The position numbers and the translations under genes are program-made. From Chiloscyllium plagiosum (taxonomy: Eukaryota), in NCBI RefSeq assembly GCF_004010195.1, contig NC_057717.1, positions 105,429,634-105,489,976 on the forward strand: DNA of 60,343 bases, read 5' to 3'. Below the pieces are notes generated by a model that worked only from the letters and a program-made list of their open reading frames with translations, was not told where the DNA came from and ran no database searches. Within the stretch, counting starts at the first letter, position 1. The number at the start of each line of letters is the position of its first letter. Positions 1 through 51,500 of the stretch are shown here, in pieces.

Positions 1-450
1 ACGCCTCACCGCCATCATGATCGTCCCCTCTCACATCGCCCACCCCTCTGTCATCAAATCCCCTCATCATCAAGTTTCCCCTATAATGCACTTGCTCCCT
101 TGTCATCAACTCCCCGTCCCCCCACCATTATCCCTCCTCCCCGTCATAAATGCCTCCTGTCATCAACATCACCATCCCAAAATTATACCACTCCCTTCCC
201 CTTGCCTTTGACCCTGTCATCATCACCTTTTCCCCTGGAATTTTAACCCTCCTCTGTTCCATCACTTCACCATCAATATCAACCCCGCCTGTCATGTGAT
301 CCTGACAACCCCTTCCCTTTTGTTGTCATCCCCCTCCCCTCGTCTCCTTGCCTGCCATCATTATTCTCTTCCCTCCCCTCCGTCATTGTTTCCCCAACCC
401 TCATCATCACTTCCTCTCTCCACCATTCTTCCCCCTCCTTCATCAAGATC
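1..450. repeat. C/T-rich low-complexity tract with a recurring (c)ctgtcatc-like motif
   Basis: Strong C-over-G skew; motif recurs near 46, 100, 140, 156, 213, 289, 323, 352, 381. Confidence 0.6.
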
Positions 451-599
451 CAGGCTGCCTATAAGGTTCGTCATTGAGGGAGTTGTAAATATGTATCTGG
501 GTGTGTGGGTTGAGTCAGGGGCCAGAGTTGAAGGGATACAGAATCTTCAAAACGTTTTTGAAGATCATAAGGATACAGAGGCTTGAGGTAAAGTATGGG

Positions 600-1530
600 T
601 TGAGTGGTTGAGAGTTTTAAAAATGTATATTGTTATAATGGATTGTAATGGGATGCATTCTCACATTTTAAAGGAAGTGGCTGCAGAGATGGGGGATGCA
701 GTAATGTAGCGTACTGTAATCTTCCGAGATTCCTGAGACTGGAAAAGAGCTTACGAAAAGAATGAAGATTCTTAGGGAATATAATAAACACAAATAACTG
801 AATATTGGCAATCTGAAACAAAAGATATGCTTGAGAAAAAGTGGATCTGACAACAACTGTTGAGATAGGATTGACGGTCAGAATCTTTTTCCCTTGAGTT
901 GAAATATCTAATACTAGCGGGCATGCATTTAATGAGGGGGGAGGGGAGAAGACAGTTGGAAGGAAATGTGAAGGGCAAGTTTTTTACACAGAGTGGTGAG
1001 AGTCTGGAATGCGCTGCTAGGGGTAGTGGTAGAGTCAGATATGTTAGGCTGTTTAGGAACTTTCAGATGTGCACACAAATATGCAAGGAATGGTGCGATA
1101 TGGACCATAGGCAGGCAGGAGGGTTTAGTTTAATTTGGTATCATGCTCGGCACAACATCTTGGACCGAAGGGCCTGTTCTTGTGCTGTACTGTTCCTCGT
1201 TAAAAACAGAGTTAATGCTTTGAGTTCAGTAAATGTTCGTCAGAACATGCTTAGAATTCTTAGGGACTTGACGGAGTAGATGCAGAGAGGTTGTTTCCCC
1301 CATGGGAGAATCTAATATCAGAAAACATAATGTGAGAATTAGGGTTTGGACATCTAAGGTAGAGATGAGGGATTTCTTCTCTGAGAATAATGAATCTGTG
1401 GAATCCTTTACCAGAGAGGGCTTTTGAGGGTCGGTCATTAGTATATTCAAGGCTGAGATAGATTTTTAATCATTAAGTGAATCAGGGGTTACAGGCAAAG
1501 TACAGGAAAATGGAGTTTTGGATTAGAACC
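600..1530 (+). mobile_element. Degenerate CR1-type LINE 3' fragments (at least two)
   Basis: 3' tail gaccgaagggcctgttcttgtgctgtactgttc at ~1163-1195; second fragment 1230-1530. Confidence 0.7.
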
Positions 1531-2669
1531 CTCTGGTTTCTTCCCACAGTCCCAAGATTTGCAGGTTGGGTGTATTAGCCATGGTAGATTGTCCATAGTG
1601 TCCAGGGATGTACCGGCTGGTAGATTAGATAATAATTGAACAATTCTAAAAGAAATAAAAGCTGCTCCTTCCCAGTTTGGAGACAAGGAAATTCTATACC
1701 ACTGAGTTATTTTTAACATGGCTTCCATGAATAACAAGTTGATAAAATATTCATTATTGTGAAATTCGTGCTTTTGTTAAATTTGCATCCCCTGACTCTC
1801 ATATTTGCAAAAAATGCAGTTAAAAAGATTGTTAGAAACTAAAATTTAGTGTCATCTGTTGCTGAAGCAGTAATTCTATTAAAAAGCAAACAGTTTCTTG
1901 AAAAAGAGGTGATGTTGAAAACTATAAGGATAAGCATGGGAGTGGGGTTGGTCAGTGTTAAAACTGTTAGCCCATTAAATGTGCGACATTGAGTTTCTTT
2001 AGATTAATAACTCAGTCCTGACCCCTTTGTTCTGGTTTATGTCACGACATCTCGTAGCAAACCAGATTGGTTAGAGAAAGCAAAATGGGTCCTTCTCTTA
2101 CTCTTGTTCTGGGGAGAAAAGCTGTGTGAAAAACAAATGCGGGAGAAAAAATTCCTTGAGATGAATCTCGCTAACATTGCCTGTGAATTCATAGATTTGT
2201 ATTTGGTCACGTTCATTGTATCACATTGAACTTCAGACAGATGACGTTAGCAATAGTAGAGAAATGGCAATGCCTTTAATTATCATCATTTACCAGTGAT
2301 TGCAACTTCTGGCTAATGGTGAGATTCGTGTACAATATCTCAAGAAAGCATTGCCAATCACCTTTCTCACAGAACATTAATGCACATTTTCCAAAAATTA
2401 GGCTTTGGTTATTTGATTAATGAATTGGGAAACTTGATTAGTTACTTTGTGGATAGATTTTTAAAATGATCTGTTGTGAACTTGAGAAATTTTTGAGGAA
2501 CTATGTGGGTGCGTTTCTGAGTTTATGTTGCTATATCGATCAGCATTTGGAATAGCTTGTAATATTGGACAGTTGAATCTTTTGTTTCTGACCATCTCTG
2601 TTCCCTGTTCCAAACAGCAATAAAATGTGCTCCGTTAATCTCCTCCCTACAGTGACCTATTTTTCTAAT

Positions 2670-2776
2670 CAACCTGTTCAGTGATGATATGACACACCTC
2701 TGGGGCAGGTTGGCTTTGAACCTGGCTTTCTTGGTCCAGGAGTAGGGACACTACCACTGCACCACAAGAGGGTCCT
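2670..2776 (-). mobile_element. Short tRNA-derived SINE fragment
   Basis: A-box/B-box-like head on the minus strand (gtggtgcagtggtag...ggttcaaagcc). Confidence 0.55.
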
Positions 2777-2804
2777 AAGAACTGATCTATTGCTAGCAAA
2801 TGAT

Positions 2805-3009
2805 CACAATGCATTTCATTAATGCAAATTCACTATAACATGATTGATGAATTGGGGACACTGTTTCTGTAATGTGAACTTTTAAAGCACGTATTAGATA
2901 TAACACAGTTCCAGTCTCGTTAGTTGAAATGGTGCTGCTATTACGCGATTTTCTTATAACTCAGGATTGCACGAGAACAGAACTTTCACGTTATAACAGA
3001 ACTGACTGT
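2805..3009 (-). mobile_element. Partial Tc1/mariner-type MITE, same family as 19417-19603
   Basis: TIR ttataacagaactgactg; internal ctataacatgattgatgaattggggac is the reverse complement of the 19417 copy. Confidence 0.7.
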
Positions 3010-3467
3010 GCTGTCTGCTTAAGAATGTGTGGTCTGAATGCTACATTAGGCACTGTGTGAAACTGTTCAAACTCCATTCTTCACCTGTATCGTGATTATC
3101 TTTGCAACATAACATTTATTGTTCAATATCTGTACAGAATTGCAAAATTTAAATGGCTTAATTGTGTTATAAGCTGGACCATGGATAGGTTGGGGAGATG
3201 TATTTCTTTCACTGTTGGCCAGGATGTGAGAAATGATCACTCTCTGGCAGAGTTCCTGTGAATGGCACCTTGCAAAAAACGCAACCTGTTGTGCTTGTTG
3301 TACTACAAGTGGTTTCAAAAGAAAAGTTTGTTTCAGTTATCCGATTGTTTATAAAGTGATCCAATCAAGGTGATTATAATCTTTAAATAATTCAAAAAGT
3401 AGATACAGACCAAATCAAAATTATATTTGCATGTCTTAAACTAGTTATTTAGCCCCTTCAACACTTA

Positions 3468-4272
3468 TAGAGTCATAGAGATGTACAGCACGGACACAGA
3501 TCCTTCAGTCCAACTCGTCCATGCCAACCAGATATCCCAACGCAATCTAGTCCCACCTGGCCCATATCCCTCCAAACCCTTCCTATTCATATACCCATCC
3601 AGATGCCTTTTAAATGTTGCAATTGTACTAGCCTCCACCATTTCCTTTGGCAGCTCATTCCATACACGTACCACCCCCCAGTGAAAAAATTGCTTCCTTG
3701 GGTCGCTTTTATATCTTTCCCCTCTCACTCTAAACCTATGCCCTCTAGCTCTGGACTCCCCCACTCCAGGGAAAAGTCTATTTATCCTATCCTTGCCCCT
3801 CATGATTTTATAAACCTCCATAAGATCACCCTTCAGCCTCCGATGCTCCAGGGAAAACAACCCCAGCCTGTTCAGCCTCTCCCCATCCTCCAACCCTGCA
3901 ACATCCTTGTAAATCTTTTCTGAACCCTTTCAAATTTCACAATATCTTTCCAATAGGAAGGTGTCACTTCTCAGCCCATTAGCCCATCTGATCAAGATCC
4001 CATTGTAATCTGAGGTAACTTTCTTCACTGTCCACTACTCCTCCAATTTTGGTGTCATCTGCAAACTTACTAACTATACCTCCTATGTTCATATCCAAAT
4101 CATTTATATAAATGACGAAAAGTAATAGACCCAGCACCGATCCTTGTGGCATTCCACTGATCACAGGCCTCCAGTCTGAAAAACAACCCTCCACCACCAA
4201 CCTCTGTCCTCTACCTTTCAGCCAGTTCTGTATCCAAATGGCTAGTTCTCCCTGTATTTAAATGAGATCTAA
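3468..4272 (-). mobile_element. CR1 LINE 3' fragment (RT C-terminus + 3'UTR) with internal deletion
   Basis: SGMPQGSVLG..YINDLD..SKFADDTK; LGLFSLEHRRLKGDLMEVYKIM; ctctatga-type tail. Confidence 0.92.
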
Positions 4273-4834
4273 CTTCTTCAAATGAACACAACATTGATCT
4301 TTGAAAAAAACACTTAATTTGGCTTAAGTGCATTTGGCCTCAGACCTTCGGATGACTACCCTCCAAGGCGGACTTTGGGACATGCAACTATGCAAAGTGG
4401 CAGAGCAGAAGCTGATAGCCAAGTTTGGTACCCCTGGGGGTGGCCTTAACTGGCACATTGGGTTCATGTCACACTACAGGTAACCCCACTGTACTACACA
4501 CTTTGTCACGCGCACACAGGCTCTCTCTCGTATGCACGCACCCTCTCATAGGCTTATCCCCCGACACACTTAGACACATATTTGACCCAAGCTTACACAT
4601 ACTGTTTCTCATGTGCTCACACTCACATGCACTCATTCACACTGTCTCTCCTGCACGCGTGCACACACAAGTTTATAGGATGAATTTGTATTGGCAGAAT
4701 TACATGTAATTTTGCTCAAAAACTGCATAAATCCATGTAAGATTCTGTAAATCCCACTTTAGAAATAGAACCAGTCTCACTTAACATTGAGACACAGACT
4801 TTAACCTCACACTTTTAAGGCATTGTCTGAGCTG

Positions 4835-5156
4835 AGATTAGTCTGATTAGTTTCCCTACAGTGTGGAAACAGGCCCTTCGGCCCAACTGGTCCACACCGA
4901 CCCTCCGAAGAGTAACCACCCAGACCCATTTTCCTCTGACTAATACACCTAATATTATGGGCAATTTAGCATGGCCAATTCACCTGACCTGCACATCTTT
5001 GGACTATGGGAGGAAACCGGAGCACCCGGAGGAAACCCACGCAGACACTGGGAGAATGTACAAACTCCACACAAACAGTCATCCGAGGCTGGAATCGAAC
5101 CTGGGACCCTGGTGCTGTGAAGCAGCAGTGCTAACCACTGAGCCACCGTGCCGCCC
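4835..5156 (-). mobile_element. HE1-type V-SINE, near full length
   Basis: tRNA head gggcggcacggtggctcagtggttagcac...ggttcgattcc; V domain; CR1-like tail. Confidence 0.9.
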
Positions 5157-5200
5157 TAGATGACACCTGTTGTTAGAAAAGCCAGAGCTATTTTGAGAAT

Positions 5201-6076
5201 ACTTGGAAGTACTCAGGGATGCCCTCGTAAGAGCAGGTTACGATGCTCAACTCATTGACCGCCAGTTCGGACATGCCACAGCGAGGAACCTCCTCAGGAG
5301 ACAGATATGAGCTGCATCTGAGAGGGTACTCTTCGTTGTCCAGGAGCCGAAAAACTACACCATGGTCTTCGCAGCCTGCAACACATGATCATTGAGGATG
5401 AGCACCTTGCCAAAACCTTCCCCACACCTCCACTTCTCACCTTTAAACAATTACCAAACCTCAAACAGATCATTGTTCAAAGCAAGCTGCCCGACTTTCA
5501 GGACAATACCATACAACCTTGTCATGGTAGATGCTGCAAGACGTGTCAGAGTGTCAACATGGATACCACCATTACGCCATGGATATCTCCCACCATGTAT
5601 GTGGCAGGTACTCATGCGACTCAGCCAATGTTGTCTATCTCATACGCTGCAGGCAAGGATGCCCTGAGGCATTGTACATTAGCGAGACCAAGCAGAGGCT
5701 ACAGCAATGGGTGAATGGATTAATGCATTATCTGGGCTGACATGACGCCAATTGTTAAAGTTCACTTGGGAATGTAATTTTTAAAAAAAAAGTTTTGTGA
5801 TTTACATGTGAAAGAACTGAAACCAACATGGGCATTCTAAAAAATGAGAGACTTAACAAACAATGCAGGTCTTTTACAATATATAATTTCAGTTACATCA
5901 CACTAAACAATTCATATAAATTCGGTGTTTTACAATCTTATTCTCCACAACCACCTGATGAAGGAGCAGCGCTCCGAAAGCTAGTGCTTCCTAATAAACC
6001 TGTTAGACTATAACCTGAGGTTGTGTGATTTTTAACTTTGTACGCACCAGTCCAAAACATCGGCATCTCCAAATCA
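5201..6076 (+). mobile_element. Penelope-like element (5'-truncated, internally deleted) with a 12-bp TSD
   Basis: CCKTC and CDSANVVYLIRC..YISETKQRL (GIY-YIG); TSD tattttgagaat at 5189-5200 and 6077-6088. Confidence 0.88.
5951..5986 (+). ncRNA. Minimal type I hammerhead ribozyme motif (Penelope tail)
   Basis: cac-CUGAUGA-a-ggagc agc gcucc-GAA-AGCU-A-gug. Confidence 0.65.
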
Positions 6077-6480
6077 TATTTTGAGAATGTAACTTAAAAT
6101 GAATTCTGGAATTCACATATTAAAGAACTGGAACTAGCATATCCCATTCTAAAAGTTGAAAGACCTAATCTGAATTTGTTTAATATGTCATTACAGCTCC
6201 ATGACACTGTAACCCTTTTGCTATGAATTCTGTGTCTGATCTTATACTCCACAACCACCTAATGAAGGAGCAGCGCTTTGAAAGCTAGTGTTTCCAAATA
6301 ATCTATACCCTGGTAGACTGCACCCTGATGTTGTGTGATTTTTAACTTTGTCTACCCTAGTCCAACACCGGCACCTTTAAATCATATTTTTTTTAATTAA
6401 AACTAAATATTGAGGCACCAAATTATATTCAGAAAACTGAAACTTAGTTCTAACTTTTTGATCTGTTTTTATTTCTGTAG

Positions 6481-46052
<39,572 letters not shown>

Positions 46053-46297
46053 TTCTCACCTTCAGCTTGATGTTCCCAGACTGTTCGTGCACAAAATATC
46101 CTGTGAATATTCAGTGAAACAATGTCTTTTTTTAACTGGCTGGCATGGAGTTGCCACTGAAGATGTAACATTGTTTTTAGTTAATGAACATTTTTCTCAA
46201 TTGTGCAGTGCTGTCATGCATTGTGGATTTTAACATGGTTTTAAATGCGCAGTATTTGAATAATTGCCCACTTTCTGCAGTGGTAATTCATATGTTT

Positions 46298-46342
46298 AAT
46301 AAACCTGTAGTTTTTATATGTTGTAATATTTCTTCCAATAAA
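46298..46342 (+). terminator. DNMT1 polyadenylation signals (AATAAA at 46298 and 46337) flanking a U-rich element
   Basis: Two AATAAA ~250-290 nt after the stop; tgtagtttttatatgttgtaatatttcttccaataaa resembles the mammalian DNMT1 3' end as I recall it. Confidence 0.8.
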
Positions 46343-46864
46343 TACCTTTTATTAAGTGGAATACTAATGTTCCATCTTGTTGCTTGTATTAGGATAGCCA
46401 GCTTTTAATTTTTACTTATCCAATTACCCAACAGCCAGAAATAATAGTCCCAAGATCTGGAATTTGTTTAAACCTTTCTACCTCTTGTTTGAGATACTCC
46501 ATTTAAATGAGCTAGTTTCTGTCAAATCGTTTTGATACCACCTTCCATAGAATCACACCATCTGCCCAACTTCAACACAATTATTAATCAAACTTAGATT
46601 TTAATGTTTTACATCTTTTGAAATGCAGTTCAGTAATTTTCACACTTTCATGCCCTCTGTTGCATCTTATCCATGTCACAAGACATTGAAAGCAGTAATT
46701 CAAATGGATAAAGCCATAAAAGCACTTCACATATCTAATAAATTGACATTTATATAATTTTGGCCTGAACAACATATATACCCTCTATTTCCTCACCAGA
46801 ACTCATAGCAGATTTTTTGGATGTTTCCCAGTCTAAAGGAAATATAGATATGAAGACTAAAGTT

Positions 46865-47990
46865 ATAGAACATAGAAAAGTACAGCACAGAACAGGCCCT
46901 TTGGCCCATGATGTTGTGCCGAGGATTTATCCTAATGTAAAATATAATAACTTAACCTACACACCACTCAATTGACTGCTATCCAGTGCGTGTCCAGCAG
47001 TCGCTTAACTGTTCCTAATGGCTGTTTCCACCACCACCGCTGGCAACACATTCCATGCATTCAAACGCTCTGCAGAAAGAACCTTCCTCTGAATATCTTA
47101 AAACTATGACCCCACGTGCCATCAATCCTGCCCTGGGGAAAAGTCTCTGGCTACTGACTCTATCCATGCCCCTCATTATCGTGTATATCTCAATCAGATC
47201 ACCTCTTCTCTCTGGAGAGGAGGAAGAAAGTCAGAGCTCAGTCAACCTCTCTTCATAAGGCAAGCCCTCCAGTTCAGACAGCATCGTGATAAACCTTCTT
47301 TGCACCCTCTCCAAAGCCTCTATGTCTTTCCTACAGTAGGGCGACCAAAACTGGACACAATCAATATTCCAAGTGTGGTCTCACCAGGGACTTGTAGAGC
47401 TGTAGCAAAACCTCATGACTCTTTAACAGGGGGATCGAGTTTATGAAAGCCAAAACACCATATGCTTTCTTGACAACCCTATCCACTTGAGTGGCAACTT
47501 TGAGGGATCTATGTACTTGCACACCCTCTGTTCCTCCACAGTGCCAAGAATCCTGTCTTTCATCCTATATTCAGCATTCGAGTTCGACTTTCAAATGCAT
47601 CACTTCGCATTTATCCAGGTTGAAGTCCATCTTCAATTTCTCAGCCCCTATACTATCCCTGATTGGGCCTACCTTCTCCTTGATCATTCTCTTATTCCTC
47701 ATGTATGAGTAAAATGTCTTTAGGTTCTCCCTAATCCTTCTTGACAAGCTTTTTTGTGCCCCCTCCTGGATCTCCTCAGTCCATTTCTTAGTTCCTTTCT
47801 TGCAAGCCTGCAATCCTCAAGCTGTGCTAGATCCTTGCTTCCTCCACCTTCCATAAGCTGCTGCCTTCCTTTTGACAAGAAGCTCCTCTGTTCTCGTCAT
47901 CCAAGGCACCTTTAATCTTACCCCTTCAGAGGAACATCACTTGCAACAACTGCTCCTTAAACAGTCTCCATTGTCTGCTGTGCCCTTTCT
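46865..47990 (-). mobile_element. CR1 LINE fragments between the DNMT1 and EIF3G 3' ends
   Basis: Tail atagaacatagaaaagtacagcacagaacaggccc; RIRENLKTFYSYMRNKR..KVGPI; MDFNLDKCEVMH. Confidence 0.85.
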
Positions 47991-48485
47991 GAAGCCATCC
48001 CTCGCAGCCACGTGTTAAGCTGCAGTCACTGACAGTTCCTCACCTCACTATCTCGTAGCACCGTTCTGAATGAATGACAGGCAGGAGTGTTGGTCACTGT
48101 TCTGTAGTATGACTGACAACTGTCCAATGCTTCAAATTTGAAGTTCTCCTCCTTATTTTCATAGAGTTGTACAGCATGGAAACAGACCCTTCAGTCTAAA
48201 TCAGCCTTGTTGAATTAATCCAGTCCCACTGGGCCTCATATCTTTCTTAGCATTCCTTTCTATATACCTATCCAGATTAAATTTACATGTTGTAATTGTC
48301 ACATCCATCACTCTGCCCTTTTCAAAGCCTGAACACACTTTTCTCGCTTGCATTGAGCAGACTGACTGGGAAAAAAAATTTGACAACTTTACTATGGCAA
48401 CCTGCTTATTTTACATGTAGAACTGAGCAGAAGAGACTTGAGGTTCACCTTCAATAAGTCCAAGACAAATGGCCAGTACAGAAAT

Positions 48486-48491
48486 TTTATT
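48486..48491 (-). terminator. EIF3G polyadenylation signal
   Basis: AATAAA on the minus strand ~65 nt after the stop. Confidence 0.75.
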
Positions 48492-48556
48492 TAGTACTGT
48501 TAACAATTAACAGAGCAACTTCTGCTTAAAGTCTACTCCATCTCATCAATTACTTC

Positions 48557-48572
48557 TCAACTGTTTGATGGC
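48557..48572 (-). CDS. EIF3G: EIF3G last coding exon
   Basis: ttttacag|(K)PSNS-TGA. Confidence 0.88.
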
Positions 48573-51500
48573 CTGTAAAAGAAAAATATATAAACAAGAT
48601 TTACATTATCAGATAAAACATGAGTTCAAGTGTTATTAATTCTTAATCAATTAAGTTAAATCAATGATACAACTGAAATTGTCAGTGTACTAAACTGAAT
48701 AAAATATAAAGGTAGTGAGAATGAAAATGCAGCGATACACATTGTTTAATAAGTTATTGAAATGGATATTTAAAAATTACTTGTGATTTAATCCAATGAT
48801 ACATTTTAACCAGTACATTAGTTAAAAAAACAAAACCATTAGATTAGGAAGACAGTTTTGAAAGATTAAAATATATCCATGGCACCTGCTCTGATGTGTA
48901 TTATTTGGTTCCATGAGATATATTCTGCACATTTGTAACTGTAGCACTGGTCAGTCATACTGGCACAAGGTCAGCCTATCAGTGTGCTTCACAAAAGATA
49001 ATGGCAGCATGAAATCACATCAGATACTGGACAATTGCAGGGCAAAGCTTAGAAAGACCACATCTTTTTATTTTTCTTTATTTGGGATTGTGATTCAAGG
49101 AAGGAGTTATAGTATTTTTAAAACTGAATTACTGGAACTCATTGTGATTTGTACTTACACTGTTGCTTTTTCAAGTTGGGGCAGGAGATGTTTGAGACCC
49201 AACAGTACCTTGGGTATATTCAGTGCAAGCTGTGCCCAGAGAGAGAGAGAGGCTGCTGATTGGTTTTACAATTAGGACTAAATGTAGAAGTCAAGAGTCA
49301 TGTGCATGGACAGCACATTCCTGGGTAGGTGGGTAGCTTGTATGTAAGAGGCAGAAGTTTCCAGACTCCCATGAGATATGATCTCTCTCTGCAGTGAAGT
49401 AACAAAATCAAAGAGATCCTCTCCCATTTGCTAGAAACTACTGCCTCTAACCAGTGACTTGAGTAATCATCTCAACCCTTTCCACATGCAGCAATAAAAA
49501 ATATGGAAAGCAAAAAGAACCTAATCAAATCCTGTAGGGGACTGGTGCCATTAATATCCTCGTATTTTTCCTCCCTCAAGAAGCATCTGTGTATGGGGGT
49601 AGTGGCTCACGAAGGGAATGGAGCTTAGGCTAGCAGAGTTAATTAGATTAGATTAGATTACTTAGTGTGGAAACAGGCCCTTCGGCCCAACAAGTCCGAA
49701 GAGCAACCCACCTACATTCACCTAACACTATGGGCAATTTCGCATGGCCAATCCACCTGACCTGCACATCTTTGGACTGTGGGAGGAAACCGGAGCACCC
49801 GGAGGAAACCCATGCAGACACGGGGAGAATGTACAAACTCCACACAGTCAGTCGCCTGAGGCGGGATTTGAACCCGGGTCTCTGGCGCTGTGAGGCAGCA
49901 GTGCTAACCACTGTACCACCCACAAATTTGATCATTCATATTTTTTTGTGGCAATAAATAGTAACTTCTTCAGTACAGAAATCTGGTCAGTTTTCTCACA
50001 ACCTGAGTCCATCAGACAGGTAAGGAGGTACACTTAGTGATTTAATTAAATCATTAACAGCTGCAATAAGTCTGTGAGAAGTGGAGTTCAGAAAGCACCC
50101 TTTCCCATAGTGAGTCATGACAACACATCAGACCAAACATTTGCACCACTTACTTAGCCCATTCCACGTTCAGGATTAAGTGATCGTAACCAAAGCCTGA
50201 GACCCCAGCAATGGCTCTGGCAGCATCCTCACGTCGATGGAAACTAATAAAGGCAAATCCCTGAAAACAAAGTATAAAGTAAACCAGATGTCAAAAATAA
50301 AAGAGTAGACAGCAAGGTGATATTGACTTTAAATGCAGGCGTCAGCACTAATGGTCATACCTTGGATTGGCCAGTATTCTTGTCCTTAGCCAGGTAGATC
50401 CTAGAAATGGAGCCAAAAGGCCGGAACAGTTCCTGCAGATCAGTCTCTCGCGTGTCCTCTGAGAGGTTAGTCACACGGATTGTGGCATTGTCATCCGCTG
50501 TGGAACGGAAAACACACTGTTAACAACACCATCGTAGGGGCTCAGAAGCTGAAAAATAAAGGCTTCCCTCCCATGAATTATATGACAGGGATAGGGAATG
50601 ACAGTCAGCAAGGGAAATGTTTTTATTTCAAAGGCTAATGTGACATCTGAAAGATGTTTAATGTTTGAAGCAAAATATCCTCACCTCTGCGATTTGTCTG
50701 CATTGACTCCCCACGCCGATTAGCTCCATCTCGTAAACTGGGCGGAACGTACTTCCCAGTCTTACTCTGAGCTGGTTGGACTGGTTCAGATTCTGGGAGC
50801 AAATAACGAGACAGACTGTTTAACAGTTACTTTCAGTAATGCAGGAACCAACACCATTTCATGTTCCTGCACACTGTTTGCTTTCTCTCCTGAACCTGCA
50901 TCAGTCCTTCTCCTGAACAAGTGAACAAAAATATAAAGCAGAAAATGTGTTGCTGGAAAAGTGCAGCAGGTCAGGCAGCATCCAGAGAGCAGGAGAATCG
51001 ACGTTTCTGGCATAAGCCCTTCTTCAGGAATGAGGAAAGTGTGCCCAGCAGGCTAAGATAAAAGGTAGGGAGGAGGGACTTGGGGGAGGGGCATTGGAAA
51101 TGCGATAGGTGGAAGGAGGTCAAGGTGAGGGTGATAGGCTGGAGTGGGGTGGGGCGGAGAGGTCAGGAAGAAGATTGCAGGTTAGGAAGGCGGTGCTGAG
51201 TTCGAGGGTTGGGACTGAGACAAGGTGGGGGAAGGGGAAATGAGGAAACTGGAGAAATCTGCCCAGTTTCCTCATTTCCCCTCCCCCCACCTTGTCTCAG
51301 TCCCAACCCTCGAACTTAGCACCGCCTTCCTAACCTGCAATCTTCTTCCTGACCTCTCCGCCCCACCCCACTCCAGCCTATTATCTTAACCTTTTATCTT
51401 AGCCTGCTGGGCACACTTTCCTCATTCCTGAAGAAGGGCTTATGCCAGAAACGTCGATTCTCCTGCTCCTTGGATGCTGCCTGACCTGCTGCGCTTTTCC

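Larger units (their letters stand above)
4330..6385 (+). mobile_element. Older Penelope-like element remnant (GIY-YIG end + tail), interrupted by a SINE and a younger Penelope
   Basis: AEQKLIAKFGT..GGLN..GFMSHYR* at ~4400-4483; tail with a decayed hammerhead at 6259-6290. Confidence 0.8.

Noticed and set aside
17..586. Pro/Ser/His-rich ORFs at the window start as DNMT1 exon 1 or a novel gene
   Set aside because: They arise from C-rich low complexity and have no MPAR..LPDDV-like DNMT1 start.
5085..5156. tRNA genes at SINE heads (also ~49860-49921 and ~2715-2770)
   Set aside because: A/B boxes run straight into SINE bodies; no complete cloverleaf.
46053..46345. miR-148/152 seed site known from mammalian DNMT1
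   Set aside because: No TGCACTG present; the nearest is gccactga.
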